Shown here piece by piece: positions 45,456 through 56,361 of a DNA stretch of 64,000 bases. The stretch's first letter is position 1. Each line of letters opens with the position of its first letter. The stretch lies in assembly GCF_009914755.1 (NCBI RefSeq), contig NC_060930.1; one strand, 5' to 3'. The notes below the pieces were generated by a model. It did not search any database. It was not told the DNA's origin and was given only the letters and a program-made list of their open reading frames with translations. A program made the position numbers and the translations under genes. This DNA comes from the human T2T-CHM13v2.0 reference genome, Homo sapiens.

Positions 45456-46169
45456 TATCTGTTGTACATTTCCTCTTAGCTACTTGGCAGGCTCTTTAAA
45501 GAAAGACATTCCAAACTGAACTCATTATTACCTTCTTCCTTCTGTGCCCTATTTCTATAAATAACACCACTACTGATCCATTGCCCAAGTCAGAAGCTTT
45601 GTGTTCGTTTTCCACACCTTCTTTCCTTCATCTTCCTTTGTAGTCCCCCTTTTTTTCTTTTTTGCCATATAGCTACTGGGCTGGAAGCAACTAAAAGACA
45701 AGAATACATCTGGCTTATATTTATGTGATGAACTCTCTGTAGAGTGGCTGACACTGAGTAGGTTTTTAAAAAAATTGGTTGTGGAATTAATCTATCCATC
45801 ACCAAGCCCAGTCAATTCCTCTTGATTATTTTATTCTCCCACTCAAAATTCTTCAATTGGTTTCCTTTGGATAGAGAGTAAATATAAAATAGTTACCAGG
45901 CTGCAAAACTCTTCCAGTTTTGACTTTGCTTATCCTAAAGAATAACCATAGAGAATCGCATTAAATATACTAACATCTCTCATCTGTTGTGTGTCTGTCA
46001 GGCCATGTTGTTTCCACTGCCTGGAGCATGCCTTCCCTCTGTTTTTATATGGTGACCCCCAACTCATCCTTCCTGATTTGACTTAGTTATCACATGCAGA
46101 AAGGCTTCCCAAGTACCAGCCTACTCGATAGGTGTCTGTTCTCAGAGCATCAGGACTCTACCTCTTTCA

Positions 46170-46480
<311 letters not shown>

Positions 46481-46864
46481 GACAATACTTCATCAGTGCT
46501 AAGATTAGTTGCTAAGTGTGTTTAGCTCTTACTAGATTATATACAGCTTGAAGGGAAGACTTTGTCTTTGTTTCTTTGCATCCTAGTTTGGCGCTTGGAA
46601 TACAGCAGACAAGAAATGATCATCTGACTGAAATGAACAGGATGCATACCTCAGTGTAACTGAGAAACCGCAGAACATCATCCACATTCATGCAGACCTA
46701 AGAAGGCATTTCTAGGCTCCTCTGGGCCTTTCCCAAGCCTTCTATTTGTCTGGAGCCAGAGGGAACCAACTATGATCAAGCTGTATCAGGGTTTGTTTTG
46801 TGTGCTGAAAGTCACAAGGTTCCAAAGGGAAAGGATCTGGCAGGAGAGGAAAGAGGATAAAAAT

Positions 46865-47072
46865 GGTTGGGGGGACCTCCTCTTTTAGCTTTGGAGCTCC
46901 CCCCCAGACTGTCTCTGTACTGGGGAGCTTCTTTCTTCTGTCTTCTCCCTTTCTCCTTGCCTATTAAACTCTCCGCTCCTTAAAACCACTCCATGTGTGT
47001 CCATGTCATATTATCTAAACCGGCATGAGGACCAAGAACCCTGGTGTTCCTCCACTCATCAGAGCCGTATCA
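46865..47072 (+). mobile_element. 5' LTR remnant: R-U5 only
   Basis: Matches only the distal part of the 3' LTR, has ATTAAA at 46963, continues to ...gccgtatCA and then the PBS. Confidence 0.85.
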
Positions 47073-47075
47073 TTT

Positions 47076-47093
47076 TGGTGCATGGGGCGGGAA
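47076..47093 (+). other. Primer-binding site complementary to tRNA-Gly(GCC)
   Basis: TGGTGCATGGGGCGGGAA vs TGGTGCATGGGCCGGGAA (17/18, tRNA sequence from recall). Confidence 0.8.
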
Positions 47094-48008
47094 AGGAAAT
47101 TCAATCATCAGACTGGTGAATATGGAGCAGATTTCAACTTTAAATCTGTCCTTTAATCTCAAGGCTCTCTTCTAGCTACCCTGTCACCAAACTTTCTCTT
47201 TCTATCTGTGGTCTCTTGCCTTCTCTCTGTGTGTCTTATGTGCAGGAATCTTTACAGTTCAGGGAAACAGTTCTGTTGGAAAAGATCGTGAATCATGGCA
47301 GGCAGTAACTCAATCAATGTCTCCCTCTCTACATTTTCTCTGGTGAGCACATGGTATTTCTAAGCTACCTAGTAGAAATCAGGCCCTAGGCCTCTTCTGG
47401 GAATGGGAAGTTTCTGCTTTTAACGGTTTGGAGTAAGATGCCTTCCAAAGCCAAGTTTGAGTCTTGATACTGTCCCACAGGCAGGAAAACAGCCATTCGG
47501 TTCTTATGTTCTGTTAAGGCATCGATTTTGTCTCCTATTAAGACAGTACTTAATTAGTAAGGGGATTTTGAGTCTGGAGGTTAACCGGAACCATTCTTCT
47601 ATGGGTACATGCTTTAGCATGGGCCATAATAGCAGAATATAGAGTTCAACCTAGCACGCCCCCCTCCCTTAAAGGGGCCTTGCCCAATTACATGGTTTTT
47701 TTGAGATCCATTTTTTGGAAGGCACATAGGCCACACAAGTCTAGGAGATCGAAGGGAAATAAAAGGCAGAGAACTGATTGCTTGGGGACATGGTGACTAA
47801 GGCCCAAAACTCAGTTCCTCTGGTGCCATGGCTTGGAGCGTCATGCCTGCAGTCATGGGCAGCACATTTAAGCTGGTGCCGGGAATCCAGGAGCGACGGA
47901 GAGAAAATAGTTGGGAGGACACCCTCTACTGTTTTCATCTCCATCCTGGATCACATACTGAAAGGAAGGAGACTAAAAGGATGCTTTTATTCTCACTTCT
48001 CTTTCTAG

Positions 48009-48600
48009 ATGGGTAACAGATCATCTTCAACATGCACTCCACTGGAGTGTATGTTGAAGCATTGGGACTCCTTTGACCTTGAAACTTTGAAGAACAGTGG
48101 CTTATTTTCTTTTGCACAAGGGTATGGCCTTTCTACTAGACCTTTGCAAGTGTTGCAAGATCAACCCAGCTCTTTTAGCAACGATATCGGACAGGCCCAG
48201 GCAAAATAGTTCCCCCAAATTAAAAAAGTAACTTTCAAGGAAATCATCTGAGGGTCTTCCTTATTTGGGGCCCCTTCAAGTTCCCTTCTTATTGCAGGAC
48301 CTTAGGCAAGTAAAGGGAAACTGAGGCTGACTTTTCTGACGACCCTGAGAGGTATATAGAAGCTTTCCAAAATTTAACTCAGGTATTTGATCTCACATGG
48401 AGGGATGTTATATTGCTGCTAAGTCAAACCCTCACTGCAGCTAAAAACAGGCAACTCAGCAAGCAGAAGAAAATTCTGGAGATGAGCAGTATGTCTCCTA
48501 TAGTAGGCCAGAAGGGAAAAGAGAAAATAGGGAAGGCCAAGAAATAGGGGAATCACCATTCCCAATAGGAAGAGAGGTATTACCTCTTAACAACCCTAAT
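48009..48600 (+). pseudogene. gag: Disrupted ERV gag (matrix start and capsid N-terminal part)
   Basis: MGNRSSSTCTPLECMLKHWDSFDLETLK; out of frame FSDDPERYIEAFQNLTQVFDLTWRDVILLLSQTLT. Confidence 0.85.
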
Positions 48601-49164
48601 TGAAACTCCTTTCTATGGTGTTTTTTCCTTCTTTTGTGGTTTAAAATGGCTTCTATCTCTTGTATAATGTTCTTACAACCTGCCTGGGAAAAGTTAATTT
48701 TCCAAATCTTAAAATGCTTGGTGTAGAGTTGAGCTAGGGACGAGGGAACCCAGAAGCCTGGCCGGCAAAAGGGTAAACATTTCTTACCAGGTGGGCTTTT
48801 GGCTTCTCTCTCCCTGTGCAAACTGGTAAAAGGGATAATAAGGATCACCGTTGATGTTCTCTGTAAATGTATAATTAATGAAAAAGGATTTGTAAGGTTG
48901 GTCTTAAGCTGCAGACAATCTTGTGTACTTTGCATGTCTTTCTATATGGTTCTGTCGGAGAAAGGGTGTCTTAGGTTAGGATGCAGGCCCAGGAGCCATT
49001 AAGCCTGCTGTTCAAGCCAGCCCAAGAAAGCGGTCGCTGGAAAACTTGGCTACAGGTCTCCATCTTGTTTCATGTCTTTGGAAACATAATCTGTAACCGC
49101 GTGGCAATACTTTATTTTAGTCTCCGCCATTTTACAATCGTGGCTGTCTTCTTGTGCTAAATCA

Positions 49165-49545
49165 GATATGCCAGTTTGTCAATCTGGGTGGTGCCAGCTG
49201 ATCCATCAAGGGCAGGGTTTACAAAATATCTTAAGCACTATCTTCAGAGCAGTTTAGGGAGGGTCAAAATCTCGTAGCCTCCAGCTGCATGGCTCTTGGG
49301 CCATAGTTTATAATCCTGTGGCTAGTTTCTTGGTCTGGTCTCCAGGTAAGAGGGAAATATATCTTGGAAAGCTGCTGTTACCATCTTTGTTTTAGACTAT
49401 AGACTGTAAACCCGGCTGCTCCCAAAATTGGTTCAGTCTATGGCCAGGAATGGGCAAGAACAGCTTGGGGGCTGGAAACAAAATGGAGTTGTTTGGGTCA
49501 AATCTCTTTCACTCTCTCAGTGACAGTTTTGCATTGACAGTTTCA
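49165..49545 (-). mobile_element. Antisense LTR8-like fragment inside the ERV internal region
   Basis: Minus strand TGAAACTGTCAATGCAAAACTGTCACTGAGAGAGTGAAAGAGATTTGACCCAAACAACTCCATTTTG resembles the LTR8 5' end. Confidence 0.65.
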
Positions 49546-52220
49546 AAAGCTGCCTATCACGCCTTAAAAAATATCTTGTACACTTGTGGTTAAGTCATAA
49601 CCTAATTAAGGCTCATTGGTTTCACCCAGAAGGGTACTTTTTGTAAAGTTCAAAAGGTGAAAATCTGAACTGCTTGGTGTGGCTAAAGTCAAGTAACAAG
49701 AGATATAAAAGGATTTTTTTAAAGAATGCACAGCTTAATTAAAAGTAGATATTCAAGTTTTAGGTATATTTTAAAGGTCTTTATGTTTTTCTTTTCTCGA
49801 ATCTTGTTTTTCTAGAAAAAGGCTCTTTTCTTCTCAGTTAACTGAATTATTTTTCTCCATTTTTTGTCTTACCACTCTTAATGCATGCATAAAAGGCCCT
49901 AAAATAACTTCTGGTAGTGTGGGACTCCTGGGGAAAAACAGAGGAGGTGCCACAAACCCCGTTTTGGGGAAAAAACCCTCCGTTTTCCTCGTGAAACTCC
50001 GGGAATTAAAAGGAGATAGATCCCTTTCAAAATCAAAGGCTCTGTCCTGTTTTGCATTGTGTTATCTGCCAGTTTTGAGTTTGGGGGGGATCAGAAATAC
50101 TTTGCATTATGAGAGAACTTTGGTCTGTAATAACTAGCTAAAAAATACACTGTAAGGGATGGCTAATAGTAGTTATAAATCAGAGAAGCATGCTCTTGGC
50201 CACCTGGAAGATAAGGAAGCATCCCCACTCCCTACTGGGAGATGAGACTCCCATCAGGGATGGGCTAATTACAAAATAAACCAATTGGCTTTGGGTTGCT
50301 TTGTAATGAAATGCATGGTAGAAGCACTGCACCATCTTCTCCCATAACATCTATATGGTCTTTTCATAAATTAAGCATTAAAATAAAAGCATAGCAAGGA
50401 GGTCTTAAGACACTCATCTGCCCTTTAGTAAAAGGGTTATTATAAAAGGTTTGTAAAGATTTCACCTCATGGTCAAATTAGTTAGGATTACATGGAATAA
50501 TCTATAAGGTTTCATGTAAACGAATTGGGGTTAACATTAATAAACTAATACAAGGGTAAAATTTTGCTTTGAACAAAATTTTCATGTCATAGTAAAGGCT
50601 AATAAAGGTTTTTGCCTTTTGAGTCATCATTTTGGCAAAATAATTTATGGCAACCTGGAAATTGTCCTTCCTGATGCCTGGCTTTTTGGATGGTTCAAAG
50701 GGCTCCTGAAACATTCAGAAAAGAGGTAGACAGGATCATTTGACATGTTTAGTCATATGAGATTGCCAAAATGATGTCCAAACTTCTTTAAGTTATATTT
50801 TGGTGAATAATACTAATATATGTTCCAAAATTATATGGGATTTCTAAAATTCTAATATCTAAGTATATACTATCAATTATAATTAAGGGTAAAGTTATTA
50901 TAAGCCACAAAGATAAATAAACTTGTCAGTCGTATTTTTAACTGGAACTATCCTGGAAATTTGTCATTTTGCAGAAAATTGTTATCTTGCTTTGTTCCTT
51001 CTCAAAAGATGGTTTATAATCAAGCTATATTAAGGACTTTAATAGGTGTTCACAAATGCAGGTTTTTAATAGCTTTAAAGATTGTAACATTGAAATAAAG
51101 AATGTATGAGACTCATAAAGAACTGACATGTTGACAAATGTAAAGCAAAACGAAAGTTAACTGAGTGGACTACACTTAGAAAGTTAAAGGAACCTTTTTA
51201 ACTTTTGCTTGGAATACTGCTGATCCTTGTTTTGATTTTCAGAGTCAAGGAAAGTTATTTTAAACTATTTATGGCCTTTAATAATTGAGTAGGGTATACT
51301 CCTGTGAACAAAATTTGGACCATGTTTATTTTTCTCTGCCTGGTTCCTCTAGAATTTGGAGACTCTCTGTGAGTACTCTTACGGCAATATAGTTGTTTGC
51401 ATCAGTGCAATAAGAATCCATTTTTCTTTGTCAACAGGACACAATTGGAAAAACTGGTTACTTTACCAATGCTTTTACTGAAAGGGTGTGTTTCCCTTTA
51501 AGGAATCAAGCTTGACATGCAGAGCCAATACAAGCCCCTTGGGGAGAACTGGCCTCATATCTTGTCTACACAGTCCCCACACAGGGTTCCTAACCTGTGG
51601 TCAGTAAAGAATGTTACTTTCTAACAGGTCTGGAAGCTCTGAGTTTATCTTGGGACCTCAAGAGGAGAGGATCACACAACTCACAGGTATTAGAGGATAC
51701 AAACCCATGGGTGGGCTCAGCTTTAAAAGTCTTATCGGAAATTTTTGGTGGAACAGAGTTTCATCAAAGCGAATCCAAAAGGCCTATGTAAAAGTAACAT
51801 TCTTGCTGCACTTTATGCAAATAATCAGGCCAAGTATAAGACTTAAGTTTACTGATAATTAGTTTTTAGCAAAAATGAGGACTGGAGAGAAAAATTTTGC
51901 TCCAAAGCTTATCATACATTTGTCATTAAATCCTAGTCTCATTAATTGTTTTTAAGCCTTTTGCCTACATTTTAGACTAACTCTGCTTATTCCTGTCAAT
52001 CAAGTGGTGATCTTCTGCAGGTTGGGAAAAAAAAAAAAGGGATGGGTAATGTAAAAATGTGAATCAATATGCTAGTTCTGGGCAATTATCTTGCAAATTC
52101 TGCCAGGTAATGAAAGTGAGTAAGGTGCCCATAACCCGGAGGTTTCTTTGGGAAAATAAAACCAAGGAACTTCATAGACCCCCAAAGGGGAATTCTATAT
52201 CTTGGCAAGTAAAATTTTAG

Positions 52221-52403
52221 ATGGAAGTTACCTACCACACCATACTTGTGGGAATTGCTGTCCTCACTCTACTATTTGCAATAGGGTTATACATGGTAGC
52301 ACCTTCTAACTGTAATATTGGACAGAGAGTTTCCATTGCTGTAGTATTTTGCTTAATTATTATCCTTATAGCAGAGATAATAGTTGACAAAAAGGAAGCA
52401 TGA
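52221..52403 (+). other. Open 60-aa ERV small ORF with two predicted transmembrane segments (expression unknown)
   Basis: MEVTYHT-ILVGIAVLTLLFAIGLYMVA-PSNCNIGQR-VSIAVVFCLIIILIAEIIV-DKKEA; stop overlaps the next ATG (ATGA). Confidence 0.45.
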
Positions 52404-55090
52404 AAATTTTACTATCACTGAGTCAGCTAGGACTTTTTATTGGGTTTAGTAATGCAGTTTCAGATGAAACATGCTGCTTTTGGATTAACACGTCTAGTAC
52501 AGTAGAGGAAAATCTACAGGTACTTAAAAATCAAACCAAAGTTATTGACAGGCTTAGGGAAAATGCATGCTTCAGCCCCGAGTGGCTACAATTCCTCTTT
52601 AATAAATTCAAGCCTCTTTTTTTTTTATACTTTAAGTTCTGGGGTACATGTGCAGAACGTGCAGTTTTGCTACATAGGTATACATGTGCCATGGTGATTT
52701 GCTGCACCCATCAACCTGTCACCTACATTAGGTATTTCTCCTAATGCTATCCCTCCCTTAGTCCCTGACCCCTCAACAGGCCCCAGTGTGTGATGTTCCC
52801 TGCCCTGTGTCCATGTTTTCTTATTGTTCAGCTCCCATTTATGAGTGAGAACATGTGGTGTTTGGTTTTCTGTTCTTGTGTTAGTTTGCTGAGAATGATG
52901 GTTTTCAGCATCATCCATGTCCCTGCAAAGGATATTAACTCATCCTTTTTTATGGCTGCATAATATTCCATGGTGTATATGTGCCACATTTTCTTTATGC
53001 AGTCTATCATTGCTGGACATTTGTGTTGGTTCCAAGTCTTTGCTATTGTGAATAGTGCCACAGTAGACATGTGTATGCATGTGTTTTTATAGTAGAATGA
53101 TTTATAATCCTTTGGGTATATACCTAGTAATGGGATTGCTGGGTCAAATGGTATTTCTAGTTCTAGATCCTTGAGGAATCACCACACTGTCTTCCACAAT
53201 GGTTGAACTAATTTACACTTTCACCAACAGTGTAAAAGTGTTCCTATTTTTCCACATCCTTTCCAGCATCTGCCGTTTCCTGACTTTTTAATGATCGCCA
53301 TTCTAACTGGCATGAGATGGTATCTCATTGTGGTTTTTATTTGCATTTCTCTAATGACTAGTGATGATGAGCATTTTTTCATATGTTTGTTCCCTGCATA
53401 AATGTCTTCTTTTGAGAAGTGTCTGTTCATATCCTTTGCTGACTTTTTGATGGGGTTGTTTGTTTTTTCCTTGTAAATTTGTTTAAGTTCTTTGTAGATT
53501 CTTGATATTAGCCCTTTGTCAGGTGGATAGATTGCAAAAACTTTCTCCCATTCTGTAGGTTGCCTCTTCCCTCTGATGATAGTTTCTTTTGCTGTGCAGA
53601 AGCTCTTTAGTTTAATTAGATCCCATTTGTCAATTTTGGCTTTTGTTGCCATTGCTTTTGGTGTTTTGGACATGAATTGTTTGCCCATGCCTATGTCCTT
53701 AATGGTATTGCCTGAGTTTTCTTCTAGGACTTTCATGTCTTTAGGTCTTACGTTTAAGTCTTTAATTCATCTTAAGTTAATTTTTGTACAAGGTTTAAGG
53801 AAGGGGTCCAGTTTCAGTTTTCTGCTCATGGCTAGCCAGTTTTCCCAACACCATTTATTAAATAGAGGATCTTTCCCCATTGCTTGTTTGTGTCACGTTT
53901 GTCAAAGATCAGATGGTTGTAGATGTGTGGTGTTATTTCTGATGCCTCTGTTGTGTTCCATTGGTCTACGTATCTGTTTTGGTACCAGTACCATGCTGTT
54001 TTGGTTACTGTAGCCTTGTAGTAGAGTTTGAAGTCAGGTAGCGTGATGCCTCCAGCTTTGTTCTTTTTGCTTAGGATTGTCTTGGATACGCGGGCTCTAA
54101 TTTGGTTCCATATGAAGTTTAAAGTGGTTTTTTCCAATTCTGTGAAGAAAGTCAATGGTAGCTTGATGGGGATAGCACTGAATCTATAAATTACTTTGGG
54201 CAGTGTGGCCATTTTCCCGATATTGATTCTTCCTATCTATGAGCATGGAATGTTTTTTCCATTTGTTTGTGTCCTCTCTTATTTCTGTGAGCAGTGGCTT
54301 GTAGTTCTCCTTGAAGAGGTCCTTCACATCCCTTGTATGTTGTATTCCTGGGTGTTTTATTCTCTTTGTAGCAATTGTGAATGGGAGTTCACTCATGATT
54401 TGGCTCTCTGTCTGTTGTTGGTGTATAGGAATGCCTGTGATTTTTGCAGATTGATTTTGTATAATGAGACTTTGCAGAAGTTGCTTATCAGCTTAAGGAG
54501 ATTTTGGGCTGAGATGGTGGGGTTTTCTAAATATACAGTCATGTCATCTGCAAACAGAGACAATTTGACTTCCTCTTTTCCTATTTGAATACCCTTTATT
54601 TCTTTTTCTTGCCTGATTGCCCTGGTCAGAACTTCCAATACTATGTTGAATAGGAGTGGTGAGAGAGGGCATCCTTGTCTTGTGCCGGTTTTCAAAGGGC
54701 GTGCTTCCAGCTTTTGCCCATTCAGTATGATATTGGCTGTGGGTTTGTCATAAATAGCTCTTATTGTTTTGAGATATGTTCCATTGATACCTAGTTTATT
54801 GAGAGTTTTTAGCATGAAGGGATGTTGAATTTTGTCAAAGGCCTTTTCTGCATCTATTGAGATAATCATGTGGTTTTTGTCATGGGTTCTGTTTATGTGA
54901 TGGGTTATGTTTATTGATTTGCATAGGTTGAACTCAGGTCTTCTTTATGGAATTGGTTAACCCCCATTATTAAGCACTTTCTTGCTTATAAGTCTTGTAT
55001 TGATATTTGGACCCTGTATACTCAATACTATAACTCAAATTGTTTCTTCTTGCCTAGAAGCAATCAAACTTCAAATGGTGGTGTAAATTG
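52400..55090 (+). pseudogene. env: Deleted env (signal-like peptide + TM C-terminal half + anchor), split by L1 at 52617-54933
   Basis: DETCCFWINTSSTVEENLQVLK before the L1; SSLWNWLT / LLSTFLLISLVLIFGPCILNTITQIVSSCLEAIKLQM after it (1-nt frameshift). Confidence 0.8.
52617..54933 (-). mobile_element. 5'-truncated L1PA (PA6-8-like), ORF2 disrupted
   Basis: Poly-T, L1 3'UTR, ORF2 RT fragments ([23 protein letters not shown]) in several frames; degenerate TSD tcaagcctcttt / tcaggtcttcttt. Confidence 0.95.
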
Positions 55091-55257
55091 AACCACACAT
55101 GGACATGCCATTCTTCTGAGGACCATTAGATTGACCCCAAAAGGAGCCCTAGCAGCTGTTCCCCATTCAATGCCCCTTTTCAGCAGGAAGTAGCCAGAAG
55201 GAGTCGTCACTCAAAACTCCCTAACAGCAGTTAGTGTGGCATCTCCACAGGGGGGAA

Positions 55258-55771
55258 TGTTGTAGGAAAAGGGGTCCTTGGGAAGTTTTCATTTTTTAAA
55301 GCATCTCCAATAAAGTTTGTTGTAAAGCCCAGGCTCTTAGAGCAAGGCCAGCAACCTTTGATATGCAAATGCCGGCCATTAGAAACTGGGTCCACCCAAA
55401 CATGGAGATTCCCGCTGCCTTCTTGCCCTTTTCCCCACATGTTCCTGGCAACATGGCTGCTCCCACATATCACCACGGGTGTAGAACATCACGGTGTCCT
55501 GCATTTGCATATTAAAAGGCTAGGGTGGGAGGGCCAGCTATTTTGAAGGCTAAGTAAATGACATACCTAGTCAAACAAATCCCCTGAGCCCTACGCAAAT
55601 CAAACACCACCTCCTCCAGCCTCTGCATGTATACCTGGCTGGTACCCATGGCAGGTGGGGACCTCCTCTTTCGGCTTTGGAGCCCCACTCCCTCTGTCTC
55701 TGTACAGGGGAGCTTCTTCATTTTCTCTTATCCCTTCCTTCTTGGCTATTAAACTCTCTGCTCCTTAAAAC
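55258..55771 (+). mobile_element. 3' LTR remnant: U3-R only (LTR9B-like)
   Basis: TG start right after the PPT; ATTAAA 55748-55753; homology to the 5' copy stops at ctccttaaaac; U5 absent. Confidence 0.85.
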
Positions 55772-55800
55772 AACAACAACAACAACAACAGCAACAGCAG
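55767..55800 (+). repeat. (CAA)n/(CAG) A-rich tail
   Basis: aaaacaacaacaacaacaacaacagcaacagcag. Confidence 0.9.
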
Positions 55801-56361
55801 TGGTTTGAAGCCCCAGTGCATGAAATTTGGAGTAGAAATTCCCCTGACTCTGGTTTTGTATCACACAGGAGAAGGTAATTGCAGGTACAAGTTACCTAGA
55901 CAAAAAGTGGCTGAGTCTGACTGGGGCCTGCCATTTGCGGACAGCACTGAGGTTAAAATTTTGTCTTAAGGCCACAGAAGGGATGCTGGAACAACTCCAG
56001 ACAACACTATTAGAACCTTGAGATTTTTCTTTATGTGCTTAAAATGAGAAGAGTCCAGAATGATTACTGTGATCAGTGATTATAATATCCTCTATTTGCA
56101 TGTCAAAATGAAAACACCCAAGTGATAGCCACAAAATCAAGCAATACATGACTTAATTTGTTTCTTTCCTTTCTGAAGCCTAGGTAGATAGAGAATTACA
56201 AATGGGCAAAGGTACAAAGGGTAAGTAATCATATCAGTGCATTAATTTAGAATGTCTGAAACAGGGCCTGGTGGCAATGACACCAGGAGAGAAGATAATA
56301 TTAACAAAGCTGCTATTTGGGTATCAGCATTATATTTTATAATGTGCCCATCATATAATTA

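Larger units (their letters stand above)
46865..55800 (+). mobile_element. ERV1 element (LTR9B/HUERS-P3b-like), non-autonomous, with R-U5 / U3-R termini and A-rich tail
   Basis: Terminal direct repeat of R (46871-46986 vs 55657-55771), PBS, gag and env remnants, PPT aggggggaa 55249-55257. Confidence 0.85.

Noticed and set aside
52828-54869. RT-like ORFs as ERV pol or a functional gene
   Set aside because: They are antisense, fragmented L1 ORF2 from the inserted L1PA
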